This document shows positions 22,124 to 33,739 of a stretch of DNA of 64,000 nucleotides, one piece after another. The notes beneath the pieces are model-generated. The model was not told the origin of the DNA. It did not search any database and saw only the letters and a list, made by a program, of their open reading frames with translations. Numbering within the stretch: the first letter of the stretch is position 1; each line of letters starts with the position of its first letter. The DNA comes from Paraphysomonas bandaiensis (Eukaryota; Protista; Chrysophyceae), in NCBI GenBank assembly GCA_965644295.1, contig CBFFRP010000019.1, forward strand, positions 62,001-126,000, read 5' to 3'. Position numbers and translations under genes: made by a program.

Positions 22124-22804
22124 ATGAAGCGGTCATTTCATTGTGTAAGTGATGATAACGTGTCTGGGGATGTGGATGTAGATGTGGATGTACCTCGATA
22201 TAAGGCTCGAAATCGTTTTGATAATGACAGTGATTTTATATCACTGCACTGTTGGCCAAAGCAATACGATCCATTAATAGTTCGTAGAAAGTATGCTGAT
22301 AGTGATGTGTGTGGTAGGTGCAAATCAATTGATAAACGAAATGACTTCCATACCACAACAGAACACTATGAATCGTCTGATTATTCAACTGACTGTGAAA
22401 ACTCATCGTCTGTATTCCATTCTATTCTTTCTCAAGATTCACAACGAGGAATAAATGACTCCAGCACTCGCGAGTCGAGTCGACTATTTACTCCAACCAA
22501 CTTCTACGTGGTTAGTGACGACTGGATGTCTCGTGCGGCTATACATGCCCTTTCGTGTGCGAAGTATAATAGTACTCGCACTGAGCACCCGACAATATTA
22601 AGCGGTTGTCGATACCACTCGCCGGGGTCTAATATTGGTCCCTCTTCCATCGCCAGTACTCAGATTACACCTACTTCTTTCCCACAGAATCAACTTTCCA
22701 ACCGTACTTCGGACACTGTGGTAGAGCAACAGATTACTGAAGATATGCTTGACCGCTTTGCTCATGAGATATATAATCAGTTGAATGCTGACCGGCGTTC
22801 TTGA
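22124..22804 (+). CDS. Hypothetical Ser-rich, largely disordered protein (226 aa)
   Basis: ATG-initiated open frame with coding-like composition in AT-rich surroundings; no recognisable domain. Confidence 0.55.
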   Translation: MKRSFHCVSDDNVSGDVDVDVDVPRYKARNRFDNDSDFISLHCWPKQYDPLIVRRKYADSDVCGRCKSIDKRNDFHTTTEHYESSDYSTDCENSSSVFHSILSQDSQRGINDSSTRESSRLFTPTNFYVVSDDWMSRAAIHALSCAKYNSTRTEHPTILSGCRYHSPGSNIGPSSIASTQITPTSFPQNQLSNRTSDTVVEQQITEDMLDRFAHEIYNQLNADRRS

Positions 22805-23886
22805 TGTTAAGTGCCACTACTTGGTATATGGTTTTTTATTTACCTGTTATTCTACTTTTACTCACTGGTGTTCATTGCATCCTATACTATATTTTAGTGC
22901 TGAAAATTAAAACCTTTTATTCATCTATATGATCTATAGATATTAACTACATATATAATATTACAATTAGAAGTTTCATAACTTAAAATTCTGTGCTATG
23001 TCTATACGGTATACGGTACACACTCATTCCGATGAAGTTATATGATTCGATTCGAAACATTTTATGAGAAAGATTGAGCAGCCAAGTACCTCCATCCATT
23101 TTATATGCTTGGAAATAATTATAAAAACAATAACTAATCTGTGTAGCTTACTGCCTTACACTCCATCACTGCATGACACCAAAATGGAATACATAAAGCA
23201 TCTTCCATAAAACATAAAACCATATATATGTAGGGAATAAGTATCCAAGTGAAATATTATTGTCTGAGGTGCTAACTTTATTCTTCAATACAAAGCAATA
23301 TACAATATACAGCATGGCAGACTCAGTGATCGAATAAATCATCCGAACTGTGGTAGTGTATATATTTACTTTTATTCTATAATTAGAAGAGGTTGTTCCG
23401 GTATTCGAATTAATATCATTAAATCTTTGTTGTCCTATTCGCAATACCAAAGTCATTGATTCGTGTAAAAATTCATTAGTTAACTGTCATTAATAGAGGC
23501 GATATATAAGTATGAATCAAGAACAACACAGGCAAAACTAATCAACCAACAAGTTAAATGACCCTAACACCTTTAGTTCATTCATGCTATATGTTAGTAA
23601 CGAATTGTCAAGCACTCAGCATTCTCATTGTTAGAACCCTTTGTCAAGAGCAATAGCTCCTACCATCAGCAGCCGCCGCCACACCTACAAGTTGCAGATG
23701 CGTAATTACGAGCACCTAAATCCAAGTTTTCGTCCCCAATGTGTTTCATTCATTCACCGATATCCAAGTTAACTGACATTTCCGGGGTGGAATGGCGACC
23801 GCAAAGTTGAATTAAAATCAATTGCACGTGCTCAAATATACCACATATATATATATCTGACGCAACACTTGGGAAAGTACTCCTAG

Positions 23887-24219
23887 CTAGCCTGAATGAT
23901 TACTTCTCGGTAGAGAGGGTGGGTTTCTAGAAGGTGGAACAGGAGGAGCGCGTCGAGGAGTAGGAGTGAATGATCTTTTCGGGGCGGATGCCAGCGATGC
24001 ATTATTTTTTTCATGAGATTCAGATGATGATATCGTATTTGTTATCTTATCCATAACTCTAGCTTCATATTCAGCACAAAAAAGTTCAAACTTGCTTGTA
24101 ACTTTCCTCTCAAACTCTTTTCTTAAAGTTTTCTCCTCATACAATTGTGATTGTAATTGTCTAGCTTGTTCTTCAGCTTTCAATGCTCTATTTCTCCAGT
24201 ATTGAGTATCCTCTTGCAT
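23887..24219 (-). CDS. Hypothetical small protein, coiled coil plus Pro-rich tail (110 aa)
   Basis: YWRNRALKAEEQARQLQSQLYEEK heptad-like helix, followed by RRAPPVPPSRNPPSLPR (PxxP motifs). Further exons are possible. Confidence 0.6.
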   Translation of the reverse strand: MQEDTQYWRNRALKAEEQARQLQSQLYEEKTLRKEFERKVTSKFELFCAEYEARVMDKITNTISSSESHEKNNASLASAPKRSFTPTPRRAPPVPPSRNPPSLPRSNHSG

Positions 24220-25973
24220 GACTTACTCTTTCGTTTAACGAATATATCTGCAAGTAGTGTTAATTAATGCTGAAAGGTCCCTGATGTATGCATATAATTA
24301 TCAGCTAGAGCAGTTCACATATATGCACAACACAATCTTTTAATTGGTATACAGTAATATACGTTCGTATTACAAGGATTTTCGAAGATTCTGAATTTTC
24401 AAAATTCAATATCAAAAACGGGTATTTTAAGGCTTTATATGGAGCAAAACTCTGATAACAGATTGAGACAATATGGAAAACAGGGAAATATAGTATTTGC
24501 GATAGATACTGTGGGTATATTGGTACACAAGTAGTGTACCGGTACACAAGTAGTGTGTACACTGGTACACAGCAGTCTCTATACACTTCTCTCGTATGCC
24601 GTGTATGTCCCATAGATCTCATACTGTATCTAACACTTGTAGGATTCCTACTAGCCTGAGAGAGCGATATATGCCCATATACAGATGCACGTAGCCTTAT
24701 ATATACTATATATGAGATAAGATCTATAGAGTATATACAACGTCTATCTAACATATGATGATAGTCTCAGATCTATTAATTGACAGTGCTCTTAAAGCTC
24801 CTTTGTTTCAGTTCTGACTATAGTTTGATTAGCTCTATTGTCTATAGCCACATCAGTAACGATTTACTATACAAATATGTATATAACTCAAATGTTATGT
24901 AAAAGCATCGCTACATTTGCTGCAACTGAAATAATTAATAATACCCAATGTAAGAAATGCACATCAAGTAATTAATATTTCCCGTAATGAATGTCTTGGG
25001 AAATCTGATGCAGTAAGTCATATCTCAGGGTGAAGTTTACTGAGAGTAGAGAGTAGTACAGCAATGGTTAATACTGCACGATAACATAATAATATGTGAT
25101 ACAGATTTAAATATAATGCTGATATATTATATTTGAACAGGTGTGTGAATTTATTCCTCTACTTCACTACAAATTATAGTCAATTAATTAACGCAGGTTC
25201 TAGTCAATTGATAGTACACTACATACTCAAGTAGCTATACATTAGCTGCCATCATAGTTCGTTCAGCTGTTATTTCATCCAAGAGCCGACGATATATTAA
25301 TTCGATTCTCTACCGTCCGGTAAGAAGGGCGTTTTTGAAACTTCATGACTGGCATTTTTGAGACAACTTTCTACTGTAATTCTATTGACTTGACTATTGA
25401 CACATTGAAAGAATTTTATCAGCTTGACATGCTTCATTTCACTTGGACTTAGACTTAACACGGCAGAACCATACCCTCATAATATCAAGAGGCCAGTTAG
25501 AAGCAAATGGTATCTTGTATGACTACTGTGCATAATCTTTATTGCGGAGCTTACGAGCATTCTTTAGAGTTCTTTCTTACTATGCAAATAGCTCACATTG
25601 TTGATGTTTTAAATGAATTATCATATAGATAAATCCTAATAGATTTCACAACAAAAATTCTGCTTTATAGTTATCATTTAAAAACAATTTCGATGTTGAA
25701 ACTGATTATTCACTACCATGAATGATGGATATCTGCTTCTGCAGTTGTCTGACTTTATGGTAGACATCGTCAATTAAGTTGTTTTATACCAGTCCGGCAA
25801 ATTGCATAATCCGCCCCTCAGTTTGATGATAAACACATTCGAACACATGTTAATGATCATAAACTAATTTTGAACTAATAGTAATTTTGTAGTTTGTATC
25901 ATAATAACTAATAGTGAAGTTATTACTATTGGGCTGCCTGCTGAAGTCAAGCATCCGGGATGTTCACCTAAAG

Positions 25974-26652
25974 GTGGAGAACCAGCAGATTTCTCTGAGG
26001 AAGATGAAGCTAATATGATCGAAGATGTTATGTTGTCATGCAATATATATGAAACAAATATATGTAGTGTGAATGATGACATACATTACACATATTATAT
26101 TGACACCTGTTGTTCATCATCGATGTTTTTGATGAATGATGAAACTATGCTTGATAATCACATGTGTACATCAAAGGTGATTAATGGTTCAAAGAAGGGA
26201 TCTGAGATTCGGATCACGAGTGTGGGTTCCCGTGAAGCATGAAATATTCGATCAGATCAATCGATACTTGTGTTCTGGACGAAAACTGAATGAAATGGGA
26301 TATCGATTCACGGTGTGGTACGGGATCCAAATTTGTAACAGTAATACTGGTAAGCTGGTGCTGGAAGGACCCATGAAGAATGGAATGACTTCACGGGAAC
26401 CCACACTCGTGATCCGAATCTCAGATCCCTTCTTTGAACCATTAATCACCTTTGATGTACACATGTGATTATCAAGCATAGTTTCATCATTCATCAAAAA
26501 CATCGATGATGAACAACAGGTGTCAATATAATATGTGTAATGTATGTCATCATTCACACCTCATATATTTGTTTCATATATATTGCATGACAACATAACA
26601 TCTTCGATCATATTAGCTTCATCTTCCTCAGAAAAATCTGCTGGTTCTCCAC
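25974..26652. repeat. Long fold-back inverted repeat made of copia protease-coding sequence (arms 25974-26237 and 26389-26652, 151-bp spacer)
   Basis: 264-bp arms, reverse-complementary with about 3 substitutions. The ORF track shows the same peptide (NDDIHYTYYIDTCCSSSMFLM...GSRE) on both strands. Confidence 0.95.
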
Positions 26653-27855
26653 GCCGAATATTCTCTACTGTGAGAAGCCTTTTATCTGGTTTCCTACCAT
26701 GATGCTTCCCTTTCTCTCCTCTTCAAGAATACTTTTTCTTCACCGTTGGACAATCAGCAGCAGTATGCTCCAGGGACTTGCAATTTCTGCAACACGTATA
26801 CTCAGTACTTCTAGGACGCTGCCCTGATATATCTTCATCCCTCTTCCTCTGCTTCCTCCTGCACTGTTCAGTTGAATGGCTATGAGGAATTCCTTCTCTC
26901 CTGCAATATCGACAATTGCCCTTCTTGCGCTTATCCCGTTCTGTTCGAGACAGTTTGTTCTTTTCAATGAAATTCAGCTCCTCCACGTTCTTGCGCTTCC
27001 GCTCCAACGCTAAAATCTTCCAGGAATGGTATCATCATACCGTTTTATTTCCTTGACAATGTTGCATATTCCACATCATCAGGCATCAAGTATAAAGCAA
27101 CGTTCAAAAAGGAGCATATTCCTTATTCAACAGACCTTCTCGTAACCGTGTTATTTTTGAGAGCTCCGATATAACCTGCTGCTCCTGTAGCTCTTTCAGC
27201 AGTATTTCGACCCGTATAATGTAGTCCTTCGCAGTCTCCTCCGGACGCATACGAAAAGAGCCATACTGAGTTAACAGCTTACTGATCTTGTTCTGCTTCC
27301 CTCCAGCAAACCATTTCTTCAATTCATCAATCATAACATGCTCTTTAAACCTGTTACTTCCTTTTCCATCAGCTTTGAACCCTTTATGTAATTGATAGAA
27401 CTTCTGGAGCGCCTTCGAAGATAATTGCACTGCCTCCCTGTAGTACGAATACGTTATGGCATTCACCTTCCAGTACTTCTTCACAGCCTGTCTGTAAGGC
27501 TTTCCTTCGGTGGCGGCTCCACCGCTACCTCACTTTGTTCTTTCCTCATGAGGAATGTCTCGAAATCCTCGATCCTTTGCTCAACGTTATTCTCATTAAA
27601 CTGTGGAACTCCTCCTCTATCCTCCTCGCTCACTACCATGTTGAAAATTGCTCATTTTAAGCTAGATCACAAAGAGAACTTGTCGTAAGGCTAGATAGAT
27701 TTATTAATATCGTTTACACGAAGTTGTGATAACCAACGCTAACTCATTTTAATCCACGCATAGTATCCTACATATGCGAACCTCTCGTTACTGAACATAT
27801 CTTGAAAGATCAAACTATTTCAGTTTCTCAATATCATCACAGCATTTGTACAACA
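26389..27855 (-). mobile_element. Decayed, 3'-truncated Ty1/copia element (5' LTR + PBS + gag + start of protease)
   Basis: The minus strand gives a 217-bp LTR candidate TGTTGTAC...TTTCAACA (27855-27639), followed directly by PBS TGGTAGTGAGC. Frameshifted gag (MVVSEEDRGGVPQF...; FRMRPEETAKDYIIRV), zinc knuckles (CRNCKSLEHTAADC) and protease motif YYIDTCCS. Confidence 0.82.
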
Positions 27856-28140
27856 CTATATTTTGTTGAGATCTGAAGATTCTATATACTTGCAATTGAG
27901 TGCAGTATTATGTGAGATGCAAGGATCGAAAGATATATATGTAATTAGTACATTATATTATGTAGTATGAAACTGAAGTAGAAGTGGATGACTATACAGG
28001 ATACGATCACTGAGTGTGTGGTTTGTACACTATAGTAGTAAATGAATGGTGTTGAACACATCGAACACAACTTAGGTTCTTTATCATGTAATGTTTATAA
28101 TTTCATCTTATCAGTTGAGAATAGTAAACCTTAGCAAATA

Positions 28141-29391
28141 ATGTCAACTTCTGTTATGGTAGCGAATGCTAGTTGTAGGGATGGGGAAGATGACAAGAAG
28201 CTACGGTTTGACAAGAACCAAGCAGACTATTCAGCGAGAAAAATCAAGATGCATCTAATGAAGAAAAACCGAAACCATCTTGGCTTGGAGGACCCGCCAG
28301 CCGGAGGAAGGAATTTAGAGTCATGGAGAGAGCGTAATGATACCTGTGTTAGTACTATTTGGGAGGCTTGCGAGCATGACCCTGATGTGTTGGAGGTAGC
28401 CAATCAATATTTGGAGGGGAAGGCAATTTTACCTGCTGATGATCCTGCTAAGGAGGTGTTATCCAGTGAGCTCCTTCAGACACTGGTTGATAGGTTCAGA
28501 GGCGAGATTGGGACTGTATTGGAGAAGACTACGGCAGAATACCATTCGTTCAAAATAAGGCCGGGGGAAAAGGTGTCTGTTGGGGTAGATCGACTGAACG
28601 GTATAATCCAGAAGCTCATAAAATTGGGACAACCGCAGACAGAGGCAAGTAAATTAGCAAAGATAAAAGCAGCGCTGCAGATAGAGGAATTACATGATTT
28701 ATGGATGTCGGTAGCGATGATGCCTAAAGCAACAACTACATTTGATTCGGTGAAAGAGGCTTGTGAAGAGTATGACGAGGCTATGACGCAGCTGAAGAAA
28801 CTAAAGGGAGACAAATCTGAAGAGATCAATTTTACGGCGTCGAAGGAGCCAGTGGTTTGTTCATTTTGTCGGAAGAAGGGACATGTAGCAGCGAATTGTT
28901 ATGCTAAGGAACGACAAAGAAAAATGGATAAGTTCAAAAGAAAAGGGAAGACAAAGGAAAAGGCTTCGAAGAGTGTGCAGCAGCCAGGATCAAAGGATTA
29001 TACTGGTTGTCATATCTGTGGAGATTTTAGTCATAAAGCCCGACAGTGCAAGTCGAAAAAACGGAAGAACATAAAAAACCCAGATAATGAGAATCCTCGA
29101 AAATTGAACAGGAAATTCGAGACAGAATGGAAGAAATACGTCAACGACGGAGAGTCGTCGGATGATGAAGCGAATATGTTTGGAGAAGAGGTTTTGCTAT
29201 CGGTGGATACGTCGGAAGAACCTCGTGTATATCTGGACAGTTGTGCAAGTAAAAGACTGTTTATAGTAAAGGATAAAATTGCACTGGAGTCATTTACTCC
29301 TGAGTTTGGGGCAATCCAACTAACTAGAAAGGGTTCTCAATTGGAGACACAGGGCTGGTACATTCGGGGAATGGAGAGACATCAGAGTTAG
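28141..29391 (+). CDS. gag: Copia gag and N-terminal protease (frame 1)
   Basis: Two CX2CX4HX4C knuckles (CSFCRKKGHVAANC, CHICGDFSHKARQC) and the protease motif YLDSCAS. The frame shifts near 29355. Confidence 0.9.
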   Translation: MSTSVMVANASCRDGEDDKKLRFDKNQADYSARKIKMHLMKKNRNHLGLEDPPAGGRNLESWRERNDTCVSTIWEACEHDPDVLEVANQYLEGKAILPADDPAKEVLSSELLQTLVDRFRGEIGTVLEKTTAEYHSFKIRPGEKVSVGVDRLNGIIQKLIKLGQPQTEASKLAKIKAALQIEELHDLWMSVAMMPKATTTFDSVKEACEEYDEAMTQLKKLKGDKSEEINFTASKEPVVCSFCRKKGHVAANCYAKERQRKMDKFKRKGKTKEKASKSVQQPGSKDYTGCHICGDFSHKARQCKSKKRKNIKNPDNENPRKLNRKFETEWKKYVNDGESSDDEANMFGEEVLLSVDTSEEPRVYLDSCASKRLFIVKDKIALESFTPEFGAIQLTRKGSQLETQGWYIRGMERHQS

Positions 29392-32300
29392 TGAAGAAGC
29401 GGTGAAGAACATTGTGTCAGGAGGAATGCTGAGATCAATGGGATACGGATTACAACTGCTTCGAAAGCCTAAAATCGTGGAATTGGACTCTGGAAACGAG
29501 GTGTTGACTGGAGAGTACGATGAGCATGGAGGAATGCCGTATGTGGACTTGATGGAGGTGTTAAATCTGCCAAATGTGTCTATGTGCAAACAGATGGAGG
29601 AGGTAAATTTGTCGGATAATACAGGACAAGATGCGTTGGATCGCTTACATGAGCGTACTGGACATGTCTCGAAATCGAAGTTATTAGAAGCTCACCGACA
29701 CATGTTATTCAGAGGATCAGGACTACAACGACATCACCTTTCGAAGGCAAAGGAGAAGAGTTGCAAGAAACCCCTGTGTAAATGGTGTGCCAAGGCGAAG
29801 ATAACCAGGCATTCGTTCAAATCACGGGACAACGAAGAGCTAAGCGCAGTCAGGTTTCTGGAACGAGTGACAGCGGACATCTCAGTCTACCTAAATTGTG
29901 AATCCAGACAAGGGTATAAGTACGTACTCCTATTTACGGACTTAGCAACAAAGATGATATGGGAATATGGATTGAGGACTCGAAGCGGAGAGGAGGTGTT
30001 CAAATGTCTACGACACTTGTGCGAGGTCCACTTAGTGAAGTACGAGGGGTGGAACCGTATAGTGGAGTATCATGCCGATGGAGGATCCGAACTTATTAGT
30101 CAGCAGATAAGAGAGTATCTGTTGCAGCGATATGGGACTCGGGTGTCACATACAACACGAGACACGCCAGAGCTCAACGCGGTGTCTGAGAGGAAATTCC
30201 GAACAATTGGGGAGATGACACTGACGATGTTGACGGCATCTGGACTTCCAAAGTCGTTCTGGTTTGATGCTTATCAAACTGCATGTTACATTGTGCGACG
30301 AATGCCAACTCGGACGTGGCAAGGATGGATGTCTCCATATGAGTGTGTCCCAGGGGGGAGCGTTCCCAGTCTATCGTGGCTACGGAAATGGGGGTGCAAA
30401 GCATATGTGCTAACACCCAAGGCCGACAGGAGGAAGGACTGGGAGGACAAAGCAATGACAGGTTATTTCATAGGGTATCCAGCTGATCGAAAAGGATACA
30501 AGGTGCTAGTGGGGGACACCGTAGTACACTCTGTACATGTATTATTTGATGAATCGGTACCTGAGAGGTCACAGGATTATTATAGAGAGCTGGAGGAGGC
30601 TCAAGTGGCTATAGATCCCGAGGCTCGTCAACCGGGTGAGTTTGAGTATCTTATCGGAAAGCACCATGAGGATGGTGGTCTGCTATACAAGACTAACAGA
30701 GTGGTGATAAGGAAGGGACTTATTGTGGGATACCGGTCGTTGGTTACTGGTAACCAAGTTCAAGTGGAGGATAAAACTCCTATTCATATTGCTGACATCA
30801 AGAAGATGACAGAGGATCTTGCGCAGAGGGTGGTTAGGGCCAGAGTTACTGACAACCGTGACGGCGGTATCAGCGGAGTGGTGCCACAGCAGTCGGAAAG
30901 TGGGCAGGTGCAGCCCCAGGCTGACTCAGCATTACCTTCGGGGGAAGGGACCCCTGCCGAGAATCATCCGCACGGCAAACGCGCAAGAACTCCAAGGACG
31001 GTAACGAATGTGTCGGTGTTAGGACAAATCCATCATTTGAGTGATGAGAGTGATGTGAGTGACCTTTTACAGGAGGCAGACTCAGTGTGGATGTCAGCGG
31101 AAGAGTCGACAGTGCCTCAGACACATCGTGAGTCCTTGGAGAGTGCCGAGCACAGGGAGTGGAGACGAGCTCGCCGTGTAGAGCGAGAGGGTTTGGCGAA
31201 GCGAGACACCATGGAGGTGACTCGTATACCGGACGGAGTCGTCCCACTGCACTCCAAGTACGTCTATGGAAAGAAGTACGATAAGGAGGGAGAGGTCCGC
31301 CGATATAAGGCTCGTCTTGTAGCAATCGGTTGTGGACAGCAGTCGAGTGGTTGGGCGAACCATTTCGCACCCGTTGTTAAGGGGGTAACAGTGCGACTGT
31401 TAATCGCCATAGCTTTCGTGATGAACATGGTAATTCATCAACTGGATGTGTCTAACGCATTTCTATATGCAGATATAGAGGGGGATGTATATATGAAGGC
31501 AACTCCGGACTTTCAGCTGCCTGAGGGGTACTGCTTTAAGTTGAAGAAGTCGTTATACGGGCTTCGGAGTTCCCCGCGGTCGTGGTGGAAAACATTGGAT
31601 AAATTCATACGATCTATGCATTTTAAACCATGTGTATTAGACCCGTGTTTGTATTATCAGTATAAGGGCGATGAATTGATATTATTAACGATATATGTGG
31701 ATGATATCCTAGTGTTAGGTCGTGATGTCAACATAGTGAAGGATATTAAAGCTCAACTGTGTGCCCGGTTTGATATGAAGGATATGGGCGAGATGGAACA
31801 TTTTCTGAATGTTCGAGTCACAAGAACGCCAGAGTATATTCGTCTTGACCAATCAGTATATGCGGCTAAGATCTTAGAAAAGTTTGAAAAGTATCTTGGG
31901 CCACCGCGAAAGGTACGGAAGAGTCCTCTACCGGCGGAAGCAATGGATCTAGTGGCAAAAGGGGCGCGGCATGAGCATACCGAGGAGGAACAGCTTATAG
32001 TAGATAACTTCCCATATCGGCCGCTGATAGGTGCATTACTATATCTATCGATGAACACGAGGCCGGATATAGCCTATGCAGTGGGAGTACTGTCACGGTT
32101 CAGTAATAAGGTGAATATTGAAGTATGCAAGCTATTAACACATGTATGGCAATATATTCGTGGTTCTATTGACAAAGGGATTCAATATGGGAGTAGACGG
32201 TTCGACTTCCATATGTTTACTGACGCGGATTGGGCGGGAGATCAGCTCTCCAGGAAGTCCACGTCGGGGTACGTTGGGTTTGCAGCGGGAGGGCCTATAG

Positions 32301-32737
32301 TCTGGCAGTCCAAACTGCAGACGACAGTGGCAACGTCAAGCATGCAGTCTGAGTATCAGTGTATTTACTCGGGTCTCCAAGAAGTGCTATGGGTTCGGGG
32401 GGTGACGGGTGAGATTAAGTTGAGGCTCATCAAACCCACACCATTCTTCATCGACAGTCAGAGTGCCCAGGATTTGGCCGAAAACCCAGTGTTTCACAAG
32501 AAGTCGAAGCACATTGAGATTAAGTATCACATGGTGAGAGAGCACGTGGATCCCAATCAGTTCAATACGATTAAGTTAGTGCATGTGCATACATCGCAAC
32601 AAGCAGCAGATATTTATATAAAGTCATTGGTTGGTTTATCATATATGGAGCAGAGAAAGAGAAATCTTGGAGAGAAAGTTAAGAGTTCCACTGAAGTGAT
32701 TAATGAGGGACCAAGGGATAAAAGAAGGCGCAAGTAG
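29356..32737 (+). CDS. pol: Copia pol: protease C-terminus, integrase, reverse transcriptase, RNase H (frame 2)
   Basis: HERTGH...CKWC zinc finger, integrase D..D..E (TADIS, HADGGSE, NAVSER), RT motifs KARLVA, QLDVSNAFL, KSLYGL and YVDD, RNase H motifs TDADWAG and KHIEIKYH. Confidence 0.95.
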
Positions 32738-33439
32738 GTACTGAGTTTTTTAGACAGAGGTTTAGACTTAGAGATGAGTCTATTTTACTGTCAAGAATTT
32801 TTTTATCTCAGGCATTCAATAGCTGGGAGGCGTCATAGTACAACACTCAATTGAGGGGGAGTGTTGAGATCTGAAGATTCTATATACTTGCAATTGAGTG
32901 CAGTATTATGTGAGATGCAAGGATCGAAAGATATATATGTAATTAGTACATTATATTATGTAGTATGAAACTGAAGTAGAAGTGGATGACTATACAGGAT
33001 ACGATCACTGAGTGTGTGGTTTGTACACTATAGTAGTAAATGAATGGTGTTGAACACATCGAACACAACTTAGGTTCTTTATCATGTAATGTTTATAATT
33101 TCATCTTATCAGTTGAGAATAGTAAACCTTAGCAAATAATGTCAACTTCTGTTATATTTCACTGTATTCTCGTACATTGTTTTCAAGTGACATACTGAAT
33201 ATAGTAGAATAAAATCCATATTCTAGTAAAGTTGACATTTAATTGGTACGCAGCCCTGATAAATAATACCGCTCATTTGCTTATATGTTTTTGAGTAGTA
33301 AACTATCATTCGCTGGTTATGACACAGCCAATAACCGCCATATTTTATACCAACCATGTAGTGCTCAACTAATATATTGTACACTGATATGTAGCTGCTT
33401 GGAGGAGAAAAAGAATCATCCCGTCTGCGACCAGTTTTT

Positions 33440-33733
33440 GTGATTACAGTGGTTAATAGATTAATTGTGAAACAATGCATTCTGAAAACAAGATCATCTT
33501 CGAGTAATGGAAAAGTGGGAAAGGTGTATGGTTTAAATGAAACGGGCAACACATTTTTGAGCTGCAGCTGTACAATACAATGTATTTGTAAGCACGTCGC
33601 AGGATATGCGTACAAATTATCTGCTATAATTTCCGATGACATATACAGATATGACGACAACAATCTCACGAGCACAAATCCGTTTACACAAGAGATCATT
33701 TACTCATCATTCACTGTCAGTGAATTTTCATAG
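33440..33733 (+). other. SWIM zinc-finger-like coding fragment
   Basis: VYGL...LSCSC...CICKHVAG fits CxC-xn-CxH. The frame has no ATG start and stops 6 bp from the ankyrin gene stop. Confidence 0.35.
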
Positions 33734-33739
33734 CTTCTA

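Larger units (their letters stand above)
27864..33154 (+). mobile_element. Full-length young Ty1/copia LTR retrotransposon (5291 bp)
   Basis: 293-bp LTRs at 27864-28156 and 32862-33154, identical by eye. 5-bp TSD TATTT, PBS TGGTAGCG at 28157, PPT GAGGGGGAG before the 3' LTR, and domain order gag-PR-IN-RT-RH. Confidence 0.97.

Noticed and set aside
30174-32058. Antisense ORFs inside copia pol (likewise inside ankyrin, UTP20, MFS and the transposase)
   Set aside because: Shadow frames of strongly supported genes on the opposite strand, with no motifs of their own.
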